A stretch of DNA of 63,090 bases, counting the filler, from Octopus bimaculoides (taxonomy: Eukaryota): assembly GCF_001194135.2 (NCBI RefSeq). It is 3 parts of 3 records of this genome, joined end to end, with 100 filler letters (N's around TTAATTAATTAA, not from the genome) between each part and the next. Parts side by side here need not be neighbours in the genome. Positions count along the whole stretch, not along the records: positions 1 to 24,766 come from NC_068986.1; positions 24,867 to 50,873 come from NC_068991.1; 1 more part is not named here. One strand, given 5' to 3'. Shown here piece after piece: positions 11,643 to 24,869 of this stretch. The translations under genes were made by a program, and so were the position numbers. Under the pieces are notes generated by a model that saw nothing but the letters and a program-made list of their open reading frames with translations, was not told the origin of the DNA and searched no databases. The first letter of the stretch is position 1; each line of letters opens with the position of its first letter.

Positions 11643-14600
11643 CTACACCTTATCACCATTATGGCATCTGATGTAGCTTTTTAAACCAGACAATGTTCTG
11701 AAAAGACCCCCACACATACTGCACCTCCAATTTGGACCACCAAGAGCTGTTGATAAGTTCTGCTCTTTGTGGATCTTAAAATGTCTTCTGTGGCCTCCGT
11801 TGGACTTGCAAACTTTCTGGCATACACTGCATTTACAGGTGTGCACAGACATATAGGCAGAATAGTTGGTGGAGGTTCGTTTTCCAGGCATTTGGAGATG
11901 AAATTTGAGGCCAGCAAAAGACAGGCATGGTCTGTCACTGACTGTGCACACAAAAAGGTCATTGTCATTCATCTTCTCGATCATTACATTCTTCTTTAGA
12001 TCTCTTTTGAGTCTTATTTGCATTATCCTGGCCTCTTCCAATGCTTTCACTCCACTCCACACCTTTGTTTGCCATCCAACTCGATCTGAAGCAAGAGATT
12101 CTCTATCTTCTGGAACCATTCCAAGTGACTTCATCGTAGTCCTTATGCCATCCTTAAACCTTTTTTCAAGTTTACACCGATAGCATTTCCCCTCTGCAAG
12201 CTCACTATAAAACAGCTGTTTTGGCATGCGTTCATCTGCCATTCGAACAATATGGCCACACCATCTCAACTGGCTCCTCAAAATCATAGCTTTAATTGAG
12301 GTGATGCTTGCAGAGGCAAGGACATCTGTACTTGGAGTAAAAGAACTCCATGTAATTTTTAAAATGCGATGAAGGCATTTTTGGTGGAATTGTTCTAACA
12401 ATTTAAATGCCTTTCATAACAAGTCCAAGTTTCACAGAATACAACAGGGATGGTAAGACAAATTATTTGTAAAGAGCCAGCTTTGTATTCTTGTTTATAT
12501 GTCGCTGGCACCAAACACGTGACTCCAAGCCACCAAATGCTTTTGCTGCCCTTTGAATTCGCAGGTGTATTTCTGTATCAAGATTTCCATCATTTTGAAC
12601 AGAGCTTCCAAGGTAGATGAACAAATGGACAACCTCAAGTAACTGTACCTTAACAAAAATTTTAGTGGGGATTACAAACAGCACCCTACACAGGCTGATG
12701 CATTACAACTTTTTTTTCAAGTTGAGGTCAAACCAAAATCATCACAAGCTGAGTCAAATGCAGATACAAGAGATTGCAGACCTGTTTCAGAATGATTGAC
12801 AAGATCACAATCGTCAGCTTACAGAAGTTCCCTAATGAGTGAAGTAAAAAACCTTCATTTTGACTTTCAGTCTGGTCACATTAAAAAACATTCAGAGAGC
12901 CTATCACCAACATTAACTCTGGCTTTCATATCTTGATGCAAAGCCCTGATCATGTTTACAAATTTTTCTGGGCAACCTTCATTAGAATTAGCCACAGAGC
13001 ATTTTGATTAACAGTATCGAATGCTTTGCTCAAATCAACAAAGCAATGGTATTGAGCAAGATTCTGTTCAATGCACTTTTCTTGTAATTGTCTGACAGTA
13101 AAGATACAATCAGCTGTGCCCCTGGAGGAACGAAAACCACACTGAAACTCAGACACTATATTTGGAACTATAAAGGTATTTAGATGTTCTAACAAAATGT
13201 GGGCAAGTACCTTTCCAGCCACAGACGAAAGTGAAATCCCACAAAAATTACCACACAGATCCTTTAGTCCCAATTTATACAAGGAGACTAAAATGGCATC
13301 AATCCAGTCCTGAGGCACTTTCTCAGTTCTCCAACAGTGACAAATTAATATATTTAAGAGTTCAAACATTTTGTCACCCCCATATTTCAAGACTTCTGCA
13401 CAGATTCCATCAGACCCTGGAGACTTGTTGTTATTCAGTTTATTCACAGCTAAATAAATGTCATTTAGAGTTGGTTCAAATGCCATCTCTTCTATAACTG
13501 GAAGGTGTTAGTTTTTTTTCTATCGTCTTTATGTCAACGGATGATGGTCTATTCAAAAGTGCAGAAAAATGTTCTACTCAATGCTTATGAATAGAAGTGG
13601 TGTCAGTCAGAATAAAATGTCCATTTGCTGTTCTCAGTGGAGCTATTGAAGAAGATTTTGGGCCATATACCTCCTTAACATAAGATTACAAACCCTTGGC
13701 ATCATTTCTATCAGCTGCTTCTTGTACCCCTTTTGCTCTATCATTCCACCATTCCTGTTTAATTTTCCTTAGAGCAGTCTGCAATTTCCTTTTCAGCTTT
13801 CTGTAAGCTTCATTTGAGTTGGGGCTTAAGGACTAAGAAAGAAGTGTATTGCCTAAGTTTTGTTTTTCTCAAAGTAGATCATGAATTTCTGCTGATCTAT
13901 CTGAGAACACTGGACTTATGTGATTTAAATCCCACTGATGAACTTGCAGCCTGAAATATTTTTGTTTTGAAATCTTCCCATAGATTGTTTGGGTCAAGAT
14001 TGATACTTTCTATAGCATCGTGGAATCTTTGCAAGCTGCTTGATAATTTAAAGTTTGCAACATTTAGCTTTTTGAGTACCTTAGGACCAGACTGTCGATT
14101 TTTGAGCATTATTGAAAAATCTATTTTTCCACGCACTAGATGATGGTCAGTCCAGCTCTCTGCCCCTCTCATGGCTCGAACACTAAAAATGTCTTTCATA
14201 TCACGTTTTCTGATCAGAATATAATCTATGAGATGCCAGTACTTAGATCTTGAGTGCAACCAGGTGGTTTTATATTTATTTTTCTGCTTAAACAGAGTGT
14301 TGGCGACAACCAGATTATTCTCAGTACGAAACATCAGAAGAGCTACTCCATTTTTATTGTGTTCTCCAATCCCATGTCGACCTAAAACAGGCCATGAAAC
14401 ATAGTCCTTTCCAACTCTTGCATTGAAATCTCCCAAAATGACCAGCTTGTCAGAAATTGTTACTTTCTTCAATAATTGTGCTAGATCATCATAAAACTGT
14501 TATACAGCTTCATCAGAATGGGACATTGTTGGTGCATAAATACTGACAATGGTAAGAAACCTACCTTTTGTCAGTTTAATACGGCATGACATGATCCGTT

Positions 14601-15400
14601 CAGATATACCACTTGGAAGCTCTGTAATGGAGGAAACTAATGTATTCTTGAGAGCAAACCAGATTCTCTACGCTTCAAAAGATAGTATATCCATAAGTAG
14701 GTTCATTTACTTGACCCTCACTAGAGAGACGAGTTTCAGAGAGCACAACTATATCAAGAGAATATTTCTTAAGCTCACATGCAATAAGTGCAGTATGCCT
14801 TTCTGGCCTCTTGTTGAAATTATCATCAAGAAGTGTGCGCACATTTCAACCAAAATTCAAAGGATGTTTATTTTTACTTTTTCTTGAAGATTGTTTGACC
14901 ACATTGGCAGGATGACGACCAGGTCCAGCCAGTGATACACTGGAACACCTACTGAACTAGACCTGTTCCCCTGACGTTACCAAGCCTTTTTTGACATTTA
15001 TTGAATCTGTTTGAGACATTTTAGAGTAAGTTACAAGTGCATTTTTACGTTTCTACTAACCAACCAATTCAATGATTTTACCAAGATTTGGAGTACAGGA
15101 AGTACCTGTGCAGATGGATAATTTTCAGTGGGTGTAGCTTGCACTGCATTACCCCACCTATTGGCCCAAGAAGACTTTCACCGGTGTGACATAGAAATAG
15201 ACAAAACCAGGAACTCCCAAGGCATTAGGTTTTCTTTCGGAGATTTCCTTCTCCTAGATAGATTACCAACCAAGGTTAAAGAGCTTCTCCCTGCCCATGA
15301 GGTAAGCTATCCAACTCCAGACACTAAACTTACAATCAGACACTCTGTAAAGTGATCAAATATCACTCCGGAGATTGAGGTGGAGTAGCTCTTAAAAACG
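11643..15400 (-). mobile_element. Near-full-length, disrupted RTE-clade LINE (AP endonuclease, RT, C-terminal C2H2-like fingers)
   Basis: EN motifs NVRTLLD, VVLSETR, GDFNARVG, HLIDYI, WTDH. RT motifs KSPGSDGI, QCGFRSSRGTAD, FVDLSKAFDTV, FIYLGS. The C-terminal ORF 11643-12401 has two Cys/His finger motifs. Multiple stops and frameshifts. Confidence 0.92.
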
Positions 15401-15564
15401 AAAAAAGGGTATGATATGTGATTTGAAAATGTAAATAAGAATTACATATAAATATAAAATATAAATATAAAAAAGTAACAGATATGCAATAAGTATATAA
15501 ATATAACATGTATATAAAACTAAAAATATACTTAAAAGACAAAAAGAAAGGATATATATATATT

Positions 15565-15750
15565 TACAGATATTTTGTTAGATGGCCATTCACTGTTGAG
15601 AAGTTCATCCACCCTTTGACGGATCTAACTTTCCATCCTGCAGGGTGTCCAATAACACCCTCCTCACCAAGCAAGCCTCATGGGGTTGCCAGCTTAGTCG
15701 CCGACAATGCGACAGGTTGTGTTGCATTCCATGTTACCAGTATCACTCAT
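15565..15750 (-). mobile_element. GC-richer repeat fragment, possibly an RTE 5' UTR
   Basis: A short GC-richer block beside the LINE 5' end resembles remembered RTE 5' UTRs; no coding evidence. Confidence 0.3.
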
Positions 15751-15872
15751 ATATATATATGTATATATATATGTTTAAATATATTTTTTTCACCAAAAAT
15801 TTGGCAAAAGAATATAGTATCTGTTAACAATCTTAGCAAAAAACTCACAGTTGAGTTTTTGTATATATATAA

Positions 15873-16087
15873 ATATCAACTTTAAATAGAGCTCAAAACT
15901 AATCCGTTGAAAATACTTTATTACAACAATAATAATGATAATAATAATGAAAATTGACCTATGTACATTTCAATAGAGCATCCAGAATGATTAATCGAAA
16001 TATACATAGGTCAATTTCATTATTATTATTGTTGTTGTGATAAAGTATTTTCAATGGATTAGTTTTGAGCTCTATTCAAAGTTGATA

Positions 16088-16088
<1 letters not shown>
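15873..16088. repeat. Long near-perfect palindrome (~95-bp arms)
   Basis: atatcaactttaaatagagctcaaaactaatcc...gaaaattgacctatgta is mirrored by tacataggtcaatttca...ggattagttttgagctctattcaaagttgatat. Confidence 0.9.
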
Positions 16089-16145
<57 letters not shown>

Positions 16146-16227
16146 AATATATAAATAATAATAAAGGAGTTACGACGCAAAAATGTATAAATTCAAAAGA
16201 AAATATTTATCTTCTTCAATATATATT

Positions 16228-16680
16228 TCAGGAATATAGTGTATCAGTGTAAGGTTAAGAGTGATACAGATGTTAGTGTTTATGTGGGTTGTTCTTCGGA
16301 TAAGATTTGTAGGAGAATTTCTTGTCACTTTAATACGTTTAGAGATAGGAGTAAAATAGCTAGTACTAGTCTTAGTAAGTTTATTTGGGGGTTAAAAGAA
16401 CAAAATAAGAACTTTTCGTTAGAATGGTCTGTTATAGGGAGAGATTTCTCATACGATAAGGGTAGGAGGTATTGCAACTTGTGCAATCTTGAGTTGTTTT
16501 TTATTCTATTTTCTAAGCATAAACTAACATATAATGGGTTCAGATGTGTTCACCTTCGCAAACACTTATTTTTGGTTTAGATAATTTCATTGTTTATTTC
16601 TCCTATAGCAGAACTTTGTTATGATCGGGTATTAAGGTTTGGGTTTTAGTATTTTTAGTTCTGCTATTGATCTATTTACT
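16228..16680 (+). mobile_element. Penelope-like GIY-YIG endonuclease remnant
   Basis: NIVYQCKV...VYVGCSS...HFNTFR...STSLSKFIWGLKE...LEWSVI...RYCNLCNLE matches the Penelope EN domain layout. Confidence 0.85.
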
Positions 16681-16924
16681 TATTCGTACATCTGTTCATA
16701 TACATGTGCAAGTGTATATACATATGCATAGGTATACGTGGAAAAATGTGTGTATTTATATGTATGTATATATATGTGTGTGTATATGGATATGTGTATG
16801 TATATGTATGTGTGTATGTATGTATATGTGTGTATGTACTTATATGTAGATATGTATATATATATATATATGTGTATATATGTATGTATGTATGTGTGTG
16901 TGTATGTATATACATGTGTATGTA

Positions 16925-17017
<93 letters not shown>

Positions 17018-17137
17018 ATATGTACATATATGTATGTTTATGTATGTATATATGTGTGTGTGTGATGTTTTGTATGTGTGTGTATATATGTATATATATG
17101 TATATATGCATATATGTGTGTATGTATGTATATATGT
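16680..17137. repeat. Compound (TA)n/(TG)n microsatellite
   Basis: Direct inspection; it generates the spurious YI/CV ORFs. Confidence 0.95.
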
Positions 17138-17420
17138 CATCATCACCATCATCATCATCGTTTAACGTCTGCCTTCCATGCTAGCATGGGTTGGACGATT
17201 TGACTGAGGACTGGTGAAACCGGATGGCAACACCAGGCTCCAATCTAATTTGGCAGAGTTTCTACAGCTGGATGCCCTTCCTAATGCCAACCACTCAGAG
17301 AGTGTAGTGGGTGCTTTTACGTGTCACCCGCACGAAAACGGCCATGCTCGAAATGGTGTCTTTTATGTGCCACCCACACAAGAGCCAGTCCAGGGGCACT
17401 GGCAGCGATCTCGCTCGAAA
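17138..17420 (-). mobile_element. RTE LINE 3' tail copy
   Basis: Same family sequence as 10104-10266, extended. Confidence 0.9.
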
Positions 17421-17797
17421 ACCCTATGTATATGTACATGTATATATGCATATATGTGTGTGTATGGTGGTTTGTATGTGTATAGATTTTTTATGTATAT
17501 ATAATTTTATAATATATTTTAATATGAGGTTTTTTAAACATATTTTTATATATATATGTGTGTGGATGTGTGTGTGTATGTGTGTGTGGATGTATGTGTG
17601 TGTGTGTATGTATGTGTGTGTGTGTATGTGTTTATGATATATACACGTGAGAGTGCACGTGTGTGCGTGCATGAGCGTGTGTGCGCATATGAACGTNNNN
17701 NNNNNNNNNNNNNNNNNNNNNNNNNNNNNNNNNNNNNNNNNNNNNNNNNNNNNNNNNNNNNNNNNNNNNNNNNNNNNNNNNNNNNNNNNNNNNNNNC

Positions 17798-18212
17798 TTC
17801 CGTGCTAATGGCCCGTAAATAGCACCATTTGAGCGTAATCGTTACCTGCATTGCCGTCTAGCACTTGTGCTGGTGGCACGTTAGAAAATCATTCGAGCGA
17901 GGTTGTTGCCAGTGCCGCTGGACTGGCTCCAGTGCAGGTGGCACGTAAAAACACCTTTTTAAGCATGGCCTTTGCCAGTACCGTGTGACTGGCCCTCGTG
18001 CCGGTGGCACGTAAAAGCAGCCACTACACTCTTAGAGTGGTTGGCGTAAGGAAAGGCATCCAGCTGTAGAAACTCTGACAGATCAGATTGGAGCCTGGTG
18101 CAGCCTTCTGGCTTGCCAGTCCTCAGTCAAATTGTCCAACCCATGCTAGCATGGAAAGTGGACGTTAAACGATGATGATGATGATGATGATGCTGATGAT
18201 GATGATGATGAT
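17798..18212 (+). mobile_element. RTE LINE 3' tail copy with (GAT)n end
   Basis: ...cagctgtagaaactctg...gtggacgttaaacgatgatgatgat; inverted relative to 17138-17420. Confidence 0.9.
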
Positions 18213-18555
18213 TTTAGACCTGACGAGTGACTATATTTTTGAATAGATTTAACTGTAGAGCGATTTGATTATTTTAGTAGTTATCTATTTGAAAATATAG
18301 CCACGAAATATGCGTAGTCATTTTATACCATTTACTAGTTATTCTTTTTGTATTTTATTGAATTTTGAATAAGGTTTTTGTGATATATTTGTTTTCTGGA
18401 GGTTGTGAGTTGAATTCTTCTTTGTTGAATTATTTAATAGTGGTTTTTCTTTAAATTATATACATGTTTTATATTGGGAAATTTGATTTAGTATTGCTAA
18501 ATTGAATTTTTCCCTGTAGGTTTTGGAATTATTCCCTAATATTATTATTATTGTT

Positions 18556-18600
<45 letters not shown>

Positions 18601-18629
18601 GAGGAGGGTTATATATATGTATATATAAG

Positions 18630-19012
18630 CATAGCTATGTGTTAAGTAGTTTGCTTCCCAACCACATGTTTCCGGGTGCAACTCCACTGTGTGCCAACTT
18701 GGTTAAATGTCTTCTACTATAGCCTCAGGCAGACCAAAGCCTTGTGAGTGGATTTGGTAGACAGAAACTGAAAGAAGCCTGTCATACATATATATATATT
18801 TATATATTTGTGTGTGTGTGTATCTGTCTGTCTGTCTGTTAGTCCCCCCACCATTGTTGGCTAACTGATGTTGGTGTGTTTACGTCCCCGTAACTTAGTG
18901 GTTTGGCAAAAGCGACTTACAAAGAATAAGTCCTGGGGTTGATTTCTTTAACTAAAAACAATGTTCTAGCATGGCCGCAGAAAATGACTGAAACAAGTGA
19001 AAGAATAAAAGA
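18630..19012 (+). mobile_element. tRNA-like SINE copy
   Basis: Head gtagtttgcttcccaaccacatgtttccgggtgcaactcc (tRNA-like, degenerate box B), central microsatellite, tail ...gaaacaagtgaaagaataaaag. Sibling copies occur in the window. Confidence 0.8.
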
Positions 19013-20829
19013 AGATATATATATATATATATAAAATCAATATCAGACTTATTTTATTAAACCAAAGTTTAATATTTATAAAATGAATGAGATTGGATGG
19101 AAAAATTGGATTAAATTTTCATTTCATATTTCATATTCCCATACAATTGTTTCAGAGAAAAGGACCAAGATTCCCATAAATAGAACATCATAGAACATCA
19201 TAAAGGTCGAATTTGTCATCTTCAGTAGGTGATATTGAGGCAAAATAAAAAATAAACAAAAAGATATTTAAAATATACATCGGATTTTTTTTAGGTATTA
19301 GTATATTCATTATTCTACTCAGCATTATTTGAATCTAGACGGAAATCATTGAAGGACTTGGCTGGTTACATATCTAATATTTAAATTTTTGACTTGCTCA
19401 CTATTAAAGCAAATATATATCTATTTAAAAAACATGCTGTAGAAAATATTGGTCAAGATGTATTTATATGCACATTCATAAATACCAAATAAGGAGGTAT
19501 ATGTTATTCTAAATATATATTTAAAGATTTGCTAATGGTCAACTTTCATTTCTATTATGTTTTTAATTGAATAGGAAGCTAGTACTAGTATGTGAGATTG
19601 ATTAATATTTTTTCATTTAAGAATTACAAAAAGTCAACAATCAATATACAATATAGTTATTATATGTTGCTTACGTTTTCTAAAAACGTTTAGATAAATT
19701 TTCAAAAATAATATAAAAACAGAATAACCTCACGAAATAAAAGTGAACAACTTACTTGATTGTCACAAAGTATAATAATGTGGAATTGATCTGTAGTATG
19801 TGTTAAAGGAAAGTTTTTTTTCAAAAATAAACGATTATTTCCTTGATATATTTATCTTATGGCAAAAATGTGTTAAGCTTTTCATAAGGAAATCTTAAAA
19901 AACATGTATATATTTGAAACTGATGCAGGGGAGACAATCTACACACACACATAACACACGTACATACTAAGATATATATATATATATATGTATATATAAA
20001 GAATTGTTTAGCTTGTATAAAAGCATACACATACATATAAACAGATACACACACATATATATTCATACATTTTCAGATATATATCTATATATACATACAT
20101 TCACATAGAGATATATACATTTTTGAATAAATATGTACCCTTATACATTTGCATATATACACTCCTATGTATAGTGCCGCCCGACTGGCTCCCCATACCA
20201 GTGACATGTAAAAAGCACCATATATANNNNNNNNNNNNNNNNNNNNNNNNNNNNNNNNNNNNNNNNNNNNNNNNNNNNNNNNNNNNNNNNNNNNNNNNNN
20301 NNNNNNNNNNNNNNNNNNNNNNNNNNNNNNNNNNNNNNNNNNNNNNNNNNNNNNNNNNNNNNNNNNNNNNNNNNNNNNNNNNNNNNNNNNNNNNNNNNNN
20401 NNNNNNNNNNNNNNNNNNNNNNNNNNNNNNNNNNNNNNNNNNNNNNNNNNNNNNNNNNNNNNNNNNNNNNNNNNNNNNNNNNNNNNNNNNNNNNNNNNNN
20501 NNNNNNNNNNNNNNNNNNNNNNNNNNNNNNNNNNNNNNNNNNNNNNNNNNNNNNNNNNNNNNNNNNNNNNNNNNNNNNNNNNNNNNNNNNNNNNNNNNNN
20601 NNNNNNNNNNNNNNNNNNNNNNNNNNNNNNNNNNNNNNNNNNNNNNNNNNNNNNNNNNNNNNNNNNNNNNNNNNNNNNNNNNNNNNNNNNNNNNNNNNNN
20701 NNNNNNNNNNNNNNNNNNNNNNNNNNNNNNNNNNNNNNNNNNNNNNNNNNNNNNNNNNNNNNNNNNNNNNNNNNNNNNNNNNNNNNNNNNNNNNNNNNNN
20801 NNNNNNNNNNNNNNNNNNNNNNNNNNNNN

Positions 20830-21697
20830 AAAAGTTGGACCTAAGAAGCATCAGATGTGGTGTGCAACAGAGACGACTGCGCTGGTATGGTCATGTGGCG
20901 AGAATGGATGAGGATAGCTGTGTGAAAAAGTGCCACACCCTAGCGGTTGGGGGACCTGTGGAAGAGGTAGACCCAGGAAGACCTGGGATGAAGTGGTGAA
21001 GCACGACCTTCAAACATTAGGCCTCACCGAGGCAATGACTAGTGACTGAGACCTTTGGAAATATGCTGTGCACGAGAAGACCTGGCAAGCCAAGTGAGTC
21101 CATAACCCGTGACCTATGCCAGGGGTGTAACCAGCCAACTTATGCATACCTTTCCTTCATTGGGCACTAAACTCTGCTTGCGAAGACCTGTTGAGGCAAG
21201 TGAAATCAAAATCAAATTCGATGACAGCACCACATGACTGGCATCCATGCTAGTGGAACGCTAAGAGCACCATCTGAGCGTGATCGTTGCCAGAGCAGCT
21301 GACTGGCTTCCATGCCGGTGGCACATAAAAAGCACCATGTGAGTGTGATCGTTACCAGTGTCGCCTTACTGGCACTTGTGCCGGTGGCACATGAAAAGAA
21401 AATATTTGAGCAAGGTTGTTGCCAGTGCCACTGAACTGGCTCCTGTGCAGGTGGCACGTAAAAAACACCATTTGAGCATGGCCATTGCCAGTACCGCCTG
21501 ACTGGCCCTCGTGCCGGCGCCACGTAAAAGCTCCCACTACACTCTCTGTGTGGTTGGCGTTAGGAAGGGCATCCAGCTGTAGAAACTCTGCCAGATCAGA
21601 TTGGAGCCTGGTTGTAGCCATCTGGTTCGCCAGTCCTCAGTCAAATCGTCCAACCCATGCCAGCATGGAAATCAGATGTTAAATGATGATGATGATG
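20830..21697 (+). mobile_element. RTE LINE 3' fragment (end of ORF plus 3' UTR)
   Basis: Encodes remnants such as GRGRPRKTWDEVVKHDL; the 3' UTR ends atgatgatgatgatg. Confidence 0.9.
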
Positions 21698-23394
21698 AAT
21701 TTAACCCAATTCTGTGTAGATCCAAAACTTGGTCATATCTTGTGCAATTATTGTTGCCTGGTATATTACATTTCTTCTTATGCAATCCCTGTTTAACTTG
21801 CATCTATCTGGGTCTCTGTAATTGCAGTTTATCTTTTGTCTAGATAATGAAATATTATTATGCTTTGTAGATTTATTTAAGTTATTGTCTGTATAGGTAT
21901 TTCTATTGTTATTGTTAAAGGTATTATCTAGTGCTTTTAAAGTTTTTATTTATAATCATTCTAATAGATTTAATAAAATTTGTCTTTAATTGTATAGCGA
22001 AAGGAATTAAGATCCATATGGTTTTATCTGAGTCTAGCTTATTCATACTTTCATTTTTTGTCACAATATCGGTTTTTTTTTCACATATAAGGTATTAATT
22101 TCTTCCTTACAATGTTTTTATTATAATTATCGTAGTTATTATCACTCCCATTATTATTATTATTACTGATCGTACTCATATGATCTATATTTTCCTTTAT
22201 TGTTATCTTATTCTTATTACTCTTGTTCTTTATTTGGAAGTTGTAATAATTAGTTTACCCTAGTAATGTTTTTTGTGTTTATTGTCATTTCTGTTATTAT
22301 TATAATAATTATTAATAATATTAATACACTAACTTTTTGTATTTGTACATACCTGTTGTGTGCATCACACTTACTTCTAAGAAATGGCAAAGCAAGAGAG
22401 AGGAGGACAGAGAGGAAGTAAGAGAGACAGTGAGTGGTGACAGCATTCGTTTTGTTTTTAAATGTTTCAGAGAGGACGTAAGAGAGAAAGAGAGTAAGAG
22501 AGTGAGAAAAAGTGAGAGAGAAAGATAGAGAGTGAAAGAGACAATGAGTGGTGATGGCGTTCATTTTGTGCTTTTAAATGTTTATCACATCGCAAGAGAA
22601 GTAGATACATATACACATTGTTAAATCAAAAGTGAGAGAGAAGAGGGACACAAAGGAAGTGAACGAGAAGGAGAGACAATAGATACATAAATCCAAAGAA
22701 AGGTTCATAACAATCATGGCTGAAGTATAATTTTGGAAGTATTGTTGAAGTTTTTCTTATTTAGAATTAAGAAAGATATGTAAAAATAACTTCTTTTGTG
22801 CGCACACACACACNNNNNNNNNNNNNNNNNNNNNNNNNNNNNNNNNNNNNNNNNNNNNNNNNNNNNNNNNNNNNNNNNNNNNNNNNNNNNNNNNNNNNNN
22901 NNNNNNNNNNNNNNNNNNNNNNNNNNNNNNNNNNNNNNNNNNNNNNNNNNNNNNNNNNNNNNNNNNNNNNNNNNNNNNNNNNNNNNNNNNNNNNNNNNNN
23001 NNNNNNNNNNNNNNNNNNNNNNNNNNNNNNNNNNNNNNNNNNNNNNNNNNNNNNNNNNNNNNNNNNNNNNNNNNNNNNNNNNNNNNNNNNNNNNNNNNNN
23101 NNNNNNNNNNNNNNNNNNNNNNNNNNNNNNNNNNNNNNNNNNNNNNNNNNNNNNNNNNNNNNNNNNNNNNNNNNNNNNNNNNNNNNNNNNNNNNNNNNNN
23201 NNNNNNNNNNNNNNNNNNNNNNNNNNNNNNNNNNNNNNNNNNNNNNNNNNNNNNNNNNNNNNNNNNNNNNNNNNNNNNNNNNNNNNNNNNNNNNNNNNNN
23301 NNNNNNNNNNNNNNNNNNNNNNNNNNNNNNNNNNNNNNNNNNNNNNNNNNNNNNNNNNNNNNNNNNNNNNNNNNNNNNNNNNNNNNNNNNNNNN

Positions 23395-24766
23395 ATCATC
23401 ATCATCATCATTTAACGTCCGCTTTCCATGCTAGCATGGGTTGGACGATTTGACTGAGGACTGGTGAAACCAGATGGCTACACCAGGCTCCAATCTGATT
23501 TGGCAGAGTTTCTACAGCTGGATGCCCTTCCTAACGCCAACCATTCAGAGGTGCTTTTACGTGTCACCTGCACGAAGGCCAGTCAGGCGGTACTGGCAAC
23601 GGCCACATTCAAAATGGTGTATTTTATGTGCCACCCGGACAAGAGCCAGTCCAGGGGCACTGGCAACGATCTCACTCAAAAATCCTTACACATGTCACAG
23701 GCACAAGTGCCAGAAAGGCAACGCTGGGCACAGGTGCCATCCCGATTTCACTTTCGCTTGCTTCAAAAAGTTTCATGTCCAATGAAGGAGACGACATTAG
23801 CATGGGTGCCAGTCATCGAATTTTGTTCGATTTCAATTTCACTTGCCTCAAAAAGTCTTTGCAAGCGAAGTTTCATGTCCAATGAAGGAGACGACGTTGG
23901 CATGGGTGCCAGTCGTCGAATTTAGTTCGATTTCAATTTCACTTGCCTCAAAAAGTCTTCGCAAGGGAAGTTTAGTGTCCAATGAAGGAAAGGTATACAT
24001 AAGTGGGCTGGCTACACCCCTGGCAGAGGCTTGCTGGGTCTTCTCACGCACAGCATATTTCCAAAGGTCTTGGTCAGAAGTCATCGCCTCGGTGAGGCCC
24101 AATGTTCGAAAGTCTTGCCTCACCACCTCAGCCCAGGTCTTCCTGGGCCTACCTCTTCCACTGGTTCCCTCAGCTGTTAGGGTTTGGCACTTTTTCACGC
24201 AGCTATCCTCGTCCATTTTCACCACATGTCCATACCAGCGCAATCATCTCTCTTGCACACCACAACTGATGCTTCTTATGTTCAGCTTTTCTCTCAGGAT
24301 ACTTACACTTTGTCGGGTATGCACACTGACATTACTCATCCATCGGAGCATACTGACTTCATTCCTTGCGAGCTTACGTATGTCCTCAGCAGTCACAGCC
24401 CATGGCTGTTCGTACACAGGTGTCATACAGTCTGCTTTTACTCTGAGTGAGAGTCCCTTTGTCGCCAGCAGAGGTAAGAGCTCTCTGAACCTTGCCCAAG
24501 CTATTCTTATTCTAGCAGCTACACTTTCAGTGCACACACCCCCACTAATAATTTGGTCACCCAGATAGCGGAAGCTATCAAGTACTTCTAGTTTTTCTCC
24601 CTGGAATGACACAGAAGTTGTTTCCTGTTTGTTTACAGTGTTTATTGCACCTGAACATCTGCCACATACAAAGACTAAATTCCTAGTTAACCTGCCTTTG
24701 ATATTGCTGCACCTCTTATGTGTCCATAGCTTGCACTGGGTACATCTTATAGAGTTACTACCTACT
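23395..24766 (-). mobile_element. RTE LINE 3' fragment (RT C-terminus plus 3' UTR with 100-bp tandem repeat)
   Basis: ORFs 24244-24612 (SFRYLGD, RIRIAWARFRELLPLL) and 23848-24243 (RWYGHV, GRGRPRKTW); the tail abuts a gap. Confidence 0.9.
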
Positions 24767-24810
24767 NNNNNNNNNNNNNNNNNNNNNNNNNNNNNNNNNN
24801 NNNNNNNNNN

Positions 24811-24822
24811 TTAATTAATTAA
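24811..24822. other. Assembly linker TTAATTAATTAA inside an N gap (also 50918-50929)
   Basis: An identical 12-mer with stops in all six frames is embedded in N runs twice. Confidence 0.85.
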
Positions 24823-24869
24823 NNNNNNNNNNNNNNNNNNNNNNNNNNNNNNNNNNNNNNNNNNNNCCA

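Noticed and set aside
16676-17184. YI/CV/HT-repeat ORFs (also 17424-17851, 37677-37903, 54856-55169)
   Set aside because: Translations of dinucleotide microsatellites.
24811-24822. TTAATTAATTAA island within N runs (also 50918-50929)
   Set aside because: A six-frame-stop scaffolding linker, not biological sequence.
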